Source: Coprobacillaceae bacterium
GTDB lineage: Bacteria > Bacillota_I > Bacilli_A > Erysipelotrichales > Coprobacillaceae
Direction of reading: 5' to 3'
NCBI GenBank assembly: GCA_963675515.1
Contig: OY776328.1
Location: 930,001 to 962,000 of the forward strand
Length of the DNA: 32,000 nucleotides
Position 1 is the first letter of the stretch. Every line of letters begins with the position of its first letter. The notes under the pieces were generated by a model. The model was not told where the DNA came from and ran no database searches. It was given only the letters and a program-made list of their open reading frames with translations. The translations under genes and the position numbers were made by a program. Of the stretch, positions 24,696 to 32,000 are shown in pieces.

Positions 24696-25715
24696 ATGAG
24701 ACCTGAAGAACTGGATAAAAAACTATTTGAATTGACTGACCATGAGTTGCAATATGAAAAAGGCATAATCCCTGATTATTATTCTGTTTATCCGACAGTG
24801 ATGATAGATGGTCAAAGGGTAATTGAACTGTCTGATTCATCGAGTAAGAACAAGGATTCGACAAATCCGGAATCGCCATTTATTGTAAAAAAGCAGACCC
24901 GGTTTCAGTCATTTCCACTCCACTACCATACCTGGGTGGAAATAAATTACGTTTATTCGGGCAGCTGCACGCAAATGATTGATGGCCATGAGTACAAATT
25001 GAAAAAGGGACAGATGATGCTTCTGGATTCGGACCGGATTCACACGGTTGTGCCTCTTGGCAAAGGCGACATCCTGATCAACATCCTGGTGAAGAAAGAA
25101 TATCTGGACTCTGAATTTTTGGGCCGGTTGTCAGCAGAAAGCATTCTTGCGAATTTTTTTCTCAATGCGATCACAAAAGGGGCCCTGCATGACAATTTCC
25201 TGTTTTTTGAATCAGACCGCAGCCGGAGAATTTCCATCTTCATGAACGAATTCATGTGCGAATGGTTTGATCCTTCACCGGTGGCGAACGAATTGTTGAA
25301 AAGCCTGTTTCAGGTGATAATTACCGAATTGATGAATCTGTATGAAAATGACAGTTATGAAGGAAATGAGATCAAAAAAAGGAACTCGATCATCCCGATG
25401 TTGCGATATATTGAAAAGAATTTCCGGACCTGCACCCTGAAAAGCACTGCGGCGTTTTTCGGTATGAACGGGAACTACCTGTCGAACCTTCTTAAACAAC
25501 AAACGGGCCAATCGTATAAGTCGTTGGTGCAACAAAAGAAAATCAAATACGCTGAGCAGTTGCTCAAAAACTCGCAGCTGCCGGTGAACGAGATCGCCAA
25601 TCTGGCCGGCTATGAAAACATCACGTTTTTTTATAAGAAATTCAAGGAGCGCTATGGCTGCTTGCCCGGGGAATACCGCAAGAAATATGGCGGGTCGGGA
25701 AAACACTTCATCTAA
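24696..25715 (+). CDS. AraC-family transcriptional regulator (cupin sensor + HTH)
   Basis: SD GGAGGTG precedes the ATG. It has an N-terminal cupin-like region (HYHTWVEINYVYSG) and a C-terminal double HTH (IANLAGYENITFFYKKFKERYGCLPGEYR). Confidence 0.9.
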   Translation: MRPEELDKKLFELTDHELQYEKGIIPDYYSVYPTVMIDGQRVIELSDSSSKNKDSTNPESPFIVKKQTRFQSFPLHYHTWVEINYVYSGSCTQMIDGHEYKLKKGQMMLLDSDRIHTVVPLGKGDILINILVKKEYLDSEFLGRLSAESILANFFLNAITKGALHDNFLFFESDRSRRISIFMNEFMCEWFDPSPVANELLKSLFQVIITELMNLYENDSYEGNEIKKRNSIIPMLRYIEKNFRTCTLKSTAAFFGMNGNYLSNLLKQQTGQSYKSLVQQKKIKYAEQLLKNSQLPVNEIANLAGYENITFFYKKFKERYGCLPGEYRKKYGGSGKHFI

Positions 25716-25960
25716 CACTTATAGAATGAGATCCCGAACTGCAGCGAACTTGCAGGTAAGTATGAAAACAAGCAGGCACCTGAATGATTTATCAGTCGTT
25801 TGGTCAATGAACTCGATGCTTTTTGCCATATTATTGCAAAGTGTTTGATGTTATCATCACCTTGTCACATCTTGATTTACTAATAAAAAATGAGACTTGG
25901 AGCACCTGACGGAATTGTCTCCAAAAGTTGTGAATCAGATAATATAAGGAGATGTCAGTC

Positions 25961-27508
25961 ATGAAAAAATTGCCGGTTATAAAGAAAGTTGATGGAATTT
26001 GGAATTTGTTTGTCGATGGCGAGCCATTCACGGCTTTGTCGGGTGAAGTGCATAACTCGAGCGCCTCAAATTTGTCATACATGGAAGAAAAGGTATGGCC
26101 GTATCTACGTGGTATGAATCTCAATTCGCTGGTGGTCCCGGTCTATTGGGAAAATATTGAACCCGTGGAGAATGAATTCAATTTCGAAATCGTGGATGGT
26201 CTGTTGGAACAGGCTAGGGCAGAAGGGATGAAACTAATCATTCTATGGTTTGGTCTGTGGAAGAATGGGATTTCGAGTTATGTCCCAGAATGGGTGAAGC
26301 TGGAAACGGAAAAGTATTTTAGAGTCCGTGATTGCCAGGGCAAGGCGATGGATGTCGTTTCGCCTTTATGCCCCGATGCAATCGCTGCCGACAAAAAAGC
26401 ATTCACAACGCTAATGAGACACCTGAAGGAAGTTGATTTGGAATCACAGACAGTCATCATGATGCAAGTTGAAAATGAGGTCGGGCTATTGGGCAGTGAC
26501 CGCGATTATTCGCAATTTGCGAATAAAGAATTCAATGACAAGATTCCCGATAGTTTGGTAACCCTTTATGATGTTGAAGGAACCTGGGAAGAGGCATTCA
26601 GGGAAAACGCCGCTGAAATCTTTATGGAATACCATTATGCGAAAGCTCTAGAAGAGATTGCCAGTGCCGGGAAGGAAGAGTACGGCTTGGAGATGTATGT
26701 GAATGCCTGGATCGAGAAGTTCCCTTGGGTCCCGGGCGGGTATCCAAGCGGGGGGCCGATTGCCCGTTTCATCAGGTTATGGCACGAAATCGCCCCGACA
26801 ATTTCGGTATTGGCACCGGATATTTACGCATCGGATTTCGCAGGAATATGCGATGAATACACAATCGAGGACAACCCTTTGATGATCCCGGAAGTGAGAA
26901 GGGATGCGCTGAATTCCTCGAATGTCTTTTATGCGATCGGGAAATATAACGCTTTGTGTTATTCGCCTTTTGGCATTGAGGATTTCCAGACTCCCAAAGA
27001 GTTGTTGACCGGAACAAGCAATATCGATGTGTTGAAAACATTGAATATCGATGTTAGCGCTTGGGACTGTGAAGATACGGCACGCTATCTGTCAAAGTCG
27101 TATGAGATATTGGCAAGTGCAATGCCCCTGATTCGAAAATGCCGGGAAGCGGGGAAATTGCATCCCTTCATCCGCAGAAACGAACATGAAAGAGGCGAAG
27201 TTGTAAGGCTGAAAGATTATGACATCAGAGTCAATTTTCAACCGAACAAAGTCGGTGTGCCAAAATCGGCAGGGCTGATCCTGGAAGTGGCCTATAATGA
27301 ATTCTATATAATGGGAACCTCGATAAAATACCTGGTTATGCCAAAAAGAGGCGAAAATGTGAATGTGGGAATTCTCAATTTGGAAGGAGGGGAATTCGTG
27401 GCTGGCGAGTGGAAAGCTTCAAGATGCTTAAACGGCGATGAACGCTATCATACCAATCTCTATGACATGCCGGGCATCCATAGAATCAAAATCTATAAAT
27501 ATATCTGA
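25961..27508 (+). CDS. GH35/GH42-clan beta-galactosidase-like glycosidase with DUF5597-type C-terminal domain
   Basis: AAGGAG at 25946-25951 lies 9 nt before the ATG at 25961 (MKKLPVI); the track ATG at 25952 abuts the SD. GEVHNSSAS...VPVYWENIEPVENEFNF...LIILWFGLWKNG...MQVENEVG is the TIM-barrel pattern of this group. Confidence 0.8.
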   Translation: MKKLPVIKKVDGIWNLFVDGEPFTALSGEVHNSSASNLSYMEEKVWPYLRGMNLNSLVVPVYWENIEPVENEFNFEIVDGLLEQARAEGMKLIILWFGLWKNGISSYVPEWVKLETEKYFRVRDCQGKAMDVVSPLCPDAIAADKKAFTTLMRHLKEVDLESQTVIMMQVENEVGLLGSDRDYSQFANKEFNDKIPDSLVTLYDVEGTWEEAFRENAAEIFMEYHYAKALEEIASAGKEEYGLEMYVNAWIEKFPWVPGGYPSGGPIARFIRLWHEIAPTISVLAPDIYASDFAGICDEYTIEDNPLMIPEVRRDALNSSNVFYAIGKYNALCYSPFGIEDFQTPKELLTGTSNIDVLKTLNIDVSAWDCEDTARYLSKSYEILASAMPLIRKCREAGKLHPFIRRNEHERGEVVRLKDYDIRVNFQPNKVGVPKSAGLILEVAYNEFYIMGTSIKYLVMPKRGENVNVGILNLEGGEFVAGEWKASRCLNGDERYHTNLYDMPGIHRIKIYKYI

Positions 27509-27545
27509 TAAGAATTTCCAAAGGAATGCAACAAGGAGGGCTGTT

Positions 27546-28831
27546 ATGGCTATTACGGTAAGCGGCACCGGTTTTATCAAAGACAACAAGAGATTTTTCT
27601 ATCTGGCGGACACATGTTGGAGCGCCTTTACAAACATCCATGAGGAAGATTGGCTCTACTACCTGCAACATAGAAAGAAGCAGGGCTACAATGTCCTGCA
27701 GATAAACATTCTGCCCCAGTGGGATGCCAGCGGGACCAGTCTCAACCACGTGCCTTATAAGCTTGATGAAAATGGGAATTATGATTTCAAGAAAATCAAC
27801 AAGGATTATTTTGAGCACGCCCGGGCGATGTGTCTGAGCGCCAAGGAACTTGGATTCGAGCTGGCCCTGGTGGTCCTGTGGTGCAATTACGTGCCGGAAA
27901 CCTGGGCGAATGGCATCACCCAAAAGAACACGATGCCCTTTGAGGATCTTGATCTGTACTTGAACGTCGTCCATGACACTTTTTCTGATCTGGATCCAAT
28001 ATATGTCATCAGCGGTGATACCGATCTAGATCATGAAATAACGAGATCCTATTATCTCAAGGCCGGCAAGATCCTGAGGCAGCGGACACCTACGTGTCTG
28101 CAAACGCTCCATGTAAGGGGCGGCTGATGGAGATCCAGCCGGAATTCATCGACAATATGGATTTTTACATGTTCCAATCCGGTCACAATGCCCAATTTCA
28201 AAATCGCTGCATGCCCTACCGGATCCCGGAGTATTTCAAGACAAATTACCCGGCCAAGCCTCTGATCAATTCGGAACCTTGTTATGAACAGATGGGCTGC
28301 TCCGGCAAAATGTATGGCCGTTTCCATCAATTTGACATCAGAAGGGCGGCCTGGCAAAGTATCCTATCAGGAGCGGATGCCGGAGTGACATACGGTACGG
28401 CTGGAATTTACAGCTGGCATACTTTTGGAAACAAGTTTGAGACTGAATTCGCCGAAGGATTCGATACTCCAAATCCGTGGCAGTTGGCACTGCATTATCC
28501 CGGAGCATGGGATTACAGCGATATCAAACACATCTTGGGGGAGTTTGTAAGTAAGCCGCTTGTGCCCCGTCAAGAAATTATGCTAAATGATACTGAAGAA
28601 ATCCGGCTGGCAATGACCGAGGATGAAAATACCATTCTCATCTATGCCCCAGAGAATACTTCGATAAGAATTGAATACGTACTCCATCAGGATACCTACG
28701 AGCTGACCATAATCGACCTGGAAACCCGACACCGTGAAGTTGGAGTGATCTCATGTGATGGAAAGGTCAGCACAATAGGGATCCACAGCTTCAATCACGA
28801 TGTCCTGTGCATTATAGAGAGGAACACGTAA
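27546..28831 (+). pseudogene. DUF4038 (GH140 apiosidase-like) glycosidase gene split by a 1-nt frameshift
   Basis: The ATG at 27546 follows AAGGAGGG. The N-terminal part (FFYLADTCWSAF...QINILPQWD) runs in frame 3 to TGA 28125-28127. The continuation (LMEIQPEFIDNMDFYMFQSGHN...) is in frame 2. Adding one G to the G4 run at 28117-28120 gives HVRGRLMEIQ and one 428-codon ORF. Confidence 0.8.
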
Positions 28832-28983
28832 TAGATTTAGAAGCGATGTCTTTGCAAACGTCCAAAAAGAACATATACATGACACCATCCGGGTGGCTTT
28901 TATAGGCATTTATGATCATCCCACCTCTGAAACGTCTATCGTCGGCCCTGACCGGTGATTGCCATGTCAATATATTATGCTTC

Positions 28984-29017
28984 AAAAGATCAACCCATTT
29001 TTTTCGGTTGATCTTTT
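28984..29017. terminator. hairpin terminator (bidirectional)
   Basis: AAAAGATCAACC (28984-28995) pairs perfectly with GGTTGATCTTTT (29006-29017) around a T-rich loop. Confidence 0.7.
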
Positions 29018-29134
29018 GACTATTTATATTCAATTATTTTGGAATGTTGACTTAGTCTGACCAAATTCGTCAATTTGTCCTTTTGACGGTCAATATAATT
29101 TTGCGAGCCACCATTCAGTCTGATCTTATGGTCA

Positions 29135-29374
29135 TCACCGCCTTAGGGAATCGTCAGACGGTGCTTCGAATGGAGTGACCCGGCTGTTTTTCGAGAAAAT
29201 CGTGATCAGGGAATTGGCGATCGATACGAGGCATAACACCCAAAGGAGCATGAGAGAAGTGGTATTGTTCACGAATTCCATGGTCGGGTTGTAGATGTCG
29301 AGAATCAAAAAGGTGATGAAGATTCCGGCGATGATGAAATTGAGGTGGGAAATCAGGACATGCAATTTTTTCAT
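29135..29374 (-). CDS. small two-TM membrane protein, 79 aa
   Basis: The ATG is preceded by GAGGTGAAT. There are two hydrophobic helices (FIIAGIFITFLILDIY and LMLLWVLCLVSIANSLITIF). The family is unknown. Confidence 0.55.
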   Translation of the reverse strand: MKKLHVLISHLNFIIAGIFITFLILDIYNPTMEFVNNTTSLMLLWVLCLVSIANSLITIFSKNSRVTPFEAPSDDSLRR

Positions 29375-29677
29375 TCTAATTCACCTCGTATAATATGTTT
29401 GTAATCTTAGTTGAATATCAATTCAACCAAGAATTGCATTAGTATCCTTTTTCTAAGATAATAGACTTGTTTTGAATGAAGGTTTTATTCGTTCACCTTG
29501 TGGCTCGTTTGATGTCCACTTCGCAGAGACTTAATCCTTTGATCCAAGCGGTCTTTATACCCGAATTAGTTTGATGCAGCGTTGTGTTTACACATCGTCT
29601 CCCCATTTACGAGGTTGCGTTTGTCTTGGTTTAGAGGTGCAATTCAAAACAGATTACATTGAAATGAGGTTCAATAT

Positions 29678-31060
29678 ATGAATAACAGTTACGAATTATA
29701 CGTCGGTATCGACATCTCTAAGGGCAAGGCCGATGCTGCAATTATTTCTGTCTATCGTGACAGAAATATCAAGCCTAAATTATTGAGAAAAAAGATTCAA
29801 TTCAAGTTTTTGAAATCCGAACTGGATAATTTCCTAACCACAGTCAGAAAATATGCCGATTCAGATTGCACCAACGTGACTTATGCAATGGAAGTCACTG
29901 GTGTTTATTCCGACAATATCTTCGAGTTCATCCACTCATCTTTAAACGACAACGAGAATGTTTATTTTCTCAACACTCAGTTTGTCAACAAGTGGCGTGA
30001 ATCCCGCGATATCGCTAAATCTGATCCATTGGATGCCCAGACAATCGCTTCAATAATCGCATATGAATATGACGTTAAATATGTTCACAAGAACAATATA
30101 AATAACGAAAAAGGATATGCAGACTTGAAAGCAGTCGTTCATCGCCATGGCCAGGTAAAGAAAACTTATTCTCAAGAAATTAACCGCCTCATTGCCCAAT
30201 GCGAACGTTATTTCCCTGAACTTCAATATGTCTTCGAACCTAAGTCAGCAACATTTCTTGCTATCTTATCTTCATATCCTACGACACATGATATCATAAA
30301 TACTTCTAAAATAGAAGTACAAGATATCGCCAAAAAAGCGTCGAAAAACAGGACAAAATCCGATAAGATAGATGAATTGTTTGACCTTTGTAATGACTCG
30401 CTTGCTCCAACGGAAGTATCTGATTCGATCAGGTCCATAATCCGCGCCCAAGTTGCCATCATCACCGAAATCAAAAGCCAGATAAAGACTCTTGAGAAGA
30501 TGATCAAGGAACTTGGTTCAAACCATAAAATGTTTGAAAAGCTTAAGACACTGACTGGATGTGGCGATGTGACAGCGGCGACCGTAATTGCCGAAACATA
30601 CGATATCAAGCTTTTTAAAAGCGCTGATAAGTACGTTTCCTACATGGGTCTCGCCCCTAGAAACAAACGCTCCGGCAGTTCTGTTGAAATCATGGGCAAG
30701 ATTTCAAAGAAAGGTTCAAGATATCTCCGTCACGCAATATACATGATTGCGGAATTCGCCAGAAGGCACAATCCGGTCCTCAAGGCCTATTTCCACAAGA
30801 TCAAGAATAGGAACAAGAAGCGCCATAAACTGGCCGTCGTGGCAGTCGCCAACAAGGTTGCCCGCTACGTATATTCAATGATGAAGAAGCAAAGCCAATT
30901 CGTAATCGATCATGATCATCTCATGCGATTACCGGAAGAAACCCGAAACACGTTCTTCCAAAACATAACAACACAGATACCCCTGAAAACCAGAAGGCAG
31001 ATATACCGTTATAGCGATGAAAACGGAGAAGTCCACAAGTTCATCTATACAACGACATAA
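29678..31060 (+). CDS. IS110-family DEDD transposase/recombinase, 460 aa
   Basis: It has an N-terminal DEDD_Tnp_IS110 pattern (YVGIDISKGK...AMEVTGVYS...DPLDAQ) and a C-terminal Transposase_20 pattern (LTGCGDVTAATVIAE...GLAPRNKRSGSS...GKISKKGSRYLR). Confidence 0.93.
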   Translation: MNNSYELYVGIDISKGKADAAIISVYRDRNIKPKLLRKKIQFKFLKSELDNFLTTVRKYADSDCTNVTYAMEVTGVYSDNIFEFIHSSLNDNENVYFLNTQFVNKWRESRDIAKSDPLDAQTIASIIAYEYDVKYVHKNNINNEKGYADLKAVVHRHGQVKKTYSQEINRLIAQCERYFPELQYVFEPKSATFLAILSSYPTTHDIINTSKIEVQDIAKKASKNRTKSDKIDELFDLCNDSLAPTEVSDSIRSIIRAQVAIITEIKSQIKTLEKMIKELGSNHKMFEKLKTLTGCGDVTAATVIAETYDIKLFKSADKYVSYMGLAPRNKRSGSSVEIMGKISKKGSRYLRHAIYMIAEFARRHNPVLKAYFHKIKNRNKKRHKLAVVAVANKVARYVYSMMKKQSQFVIDHDHLMRLPEETRNTFFQNITTQIPLKTRRQIYRYSDENGEVHKFIYTTT

Positions 31061-31166
31061 GCCTTGACTAACAGGAATGCACAAAATGTAAGAGCTTCCA
31101 GAAAAAAGTGTCTGGCAGGTTGTTTTCAGTGCGCTCAAATTTATCTAAAAACAAGATTTTTAAAGA
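31061..31166 (+). ncRNA. candidate guide RNA (bridge/seekRNA) region in the 3' non-coding part of the IS
   Basis: This is the only sizeable non-coding stretch inside the inverted repeats; just 32 nt separate the left IR from the ATG. It contains the local hairpin CCAGA-N8-TCTGG (31098-31115). The assignment rests on family knowledge, not on a recognised structure. Confidence 0.25.
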
Positions 31167-31250
31167 GGATTCACCTCTAACCCAAGCCAAACGGCTATTA
31201 ATTGTCTAAGAAATAACAACAATGATATTTATCAAGTTACCTATTGACAT

Positions 31251-32000
31251 TTAATAGTTTGTCTCTGCTATTAAGATACAGTCGCTGACTTTCCGCCCGC
31301 CATCAACCGGCTGGTTGACCAGGTCATCGTCAAAACTCATGGAAGAGGATTTTCCGCCATCAAGATTGTAGGCGGCCGTGCAGCCCAAATCTTCAAAAAG
31401 GGCGGACAGCTCGCTCAGGGTCATCCCGGTCGAATAGCCGCTTTGGCGACCGTCGACCAGTACCATGCAGTAGTGCCCCGGTTCATAGTAACCGATTGCG
31501 CTTCGTGGATTGGATGAACTTACATGGGAGTTGGCCGTGAAACTGGTCATGCTATCTCCCGAGTCGTCAAGCAGTTCCGGCCCGAAACACCAGGCCTGCC
31601 AGGCCCCATCGGAAATCGCCTGGTCCACGTCGAATTCGTCGGCCGAATAAGTCACCATGGTTCCATCATAGTACAGGACACATACATCGGATCCGTTGGT
31701 AGTCGAGCGGTACACCTCGCCGTTGCGGATGACAACTCCGCTGCTGCCATTGCCGTAGTAATCGCCGTTCATCGCCAAGACGGCGCTGAACTCTTCATCC
31801 ATATCAAGAAGGTAGTCGGTATAACCGACACCGTAGGTATCGTCGGCAAATCCGCTTTGGAAGCATTCGATATCGGCGATATAGATATCGGCGACATAAT
31901 AGGTGACGATATCGCTGCCCGACCCGGTAGTGTATTTCTCAATGGTGATCGATATGTCGCTCGAACTGTAGGAATTACTCGTGGTGACCACAGTATCCGT
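31251..32000 (-). CDS. phosphodiester glycosidase (NAGPA-domain) family protein, C-terminal part; 5' end off-window
   Basis: The track start 31991 is a GTG, and the frame stays open to base 32000. AMNGDYYG...GVVIRNGEVYR...RSAIGYYEPGHYCMVLVDGRQ...AYNLDGGKSSSM is the NAGPA/DUF2233 pattern. GC is visibly higher than in the neighbouring IS. Confidence 0.85.
   Translation of the reverse strand, partial: TDTVVTTSNSYSSSDISITIEKYTTGSGSDIVTYYVADIYIADIECFQSGFADDTYGVGYTDYLLDMDEEFSAVLAMNGDYYGNGSSGVVIRNGEVYRSTTNGSDVCVLYYDGTMVTYSADEFDVDQAISDGAWQAWCFGPELLDDSGDSMTSFTANSHVSSSNPRSAIGYYEPGHYCMVLVDGRQSGYSTGMTLSELSALFEDLGCTAAYNLDGGKSSSMSFDDDLVNQPVDGGRKVSDCILIAETNY

Larger units (their letters stand above)
29618..31193 (+). 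mobile_element. IS110-family (IS1111-like) insertion sequence; boundaries inferred from inverted repeats
   Basis: CGTTTGTCTTGGTTTAGAGGTGCAATTC (29618-29645) matches the reverse complement of 31167-31193, CGTTTGGCTTGGGTTAGAGGTG-AATCC, at 24 of 28 positions. The repeats bracket the transposase gene and span 1576 bp. There is no flanking duplication, as usual for this family. The true termini may lie a few bp outside if the IRs are subterminal. Confidence 0.55.

Noticed and set aside
28812-29033. 73-aa minus-strand ORF downstream of the DUF4038 gene.
   Set aside because: It spans the 12-bp-stem terminator hairpin (28984-29017), overlaps the end of the DUF4038 gene, and has no SD or family signature.
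29378-29386. The 9-mer ATTCACCTC is shared between 29378-29386 and 31170-31178, and TTGTCT lies at 29622-29627 and 31202-31207. Both were considered as possible IS110 boundary or core repeats.
   Set aside because: Matches this short are expected by chance between two regions of a few hundred bp. The left 9-mer is simply the complement of the SD of the 79-aa gene. The 27/28-bp inverted repeat is the much stronger boundary signal.

Overview
32-kb segment with Bacillota (Firmicutes)-style organisation: AGGAGG-type SD sites, PTS/GH1, RpiR and LytTR regulators. It falls into four blocks. (1) 1-7963 is a visibly AT-rich, IS-littered accessory island. It holds the 3' part of an rve-type transposase and a LytTR response regulator divergent from an unannotated 39-codon AgrD-like autoinducer-peptide gene. 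It also holds an orphan secreted 347-aa protein, a lipoprotein, small membrane proteins and two copies of a ~147-bp MITE-like element, one directly upstream of each of two cargo genes. An IS1634/IS4-like transposase fragment and a complete IS66-family element (tnpA-tnpB-tnpC, 23-bp TIRs, 8-bp target duplication) complete the block. (2) 8292-17784 is an all-plus-strand redox/electrophile-type cluster: three aldo/keto reductases, an OYE/2,4-dienoyl-CoA-reductase-like flavoenzyme, flavodoxin, a HEAT-like protein, a carboxymuconolactone-decarboxylase-family protein and a cyclophilin-like protein, with RpiR, LysR and MerR regulators. (3) 18260-28831 is carbohydrate use: RpiR regulator, GH1 6-phospho-beta-glucosidase, beta-glucoside PTS EIIBCA, GH43, AraC regulator, a GH35/DUF5597-like galactosidase and a frameshifted DUF4038/GH140-like gene. 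(4) 29135-32000 has a small membrane protein, an IS110-family (IS1111-like) element bracketed by 27/28-bp inverted repeats, and the 3' part of a phosphodiester-glycosidase gene. No rRNA, tRNA or CRISPR array was seen. The most interesting items are the orphan agr-like peptide/LytTR module with MITE-borne upstream boxes, and the IS110-family element whose non-coding part should encode a guide (bridge/seek) RNA. All family calls come from reading translations by eye; no searches were run. The ORF track uses GTG/TTG as M, so several starts were trimmed to SD-supported ATGs.
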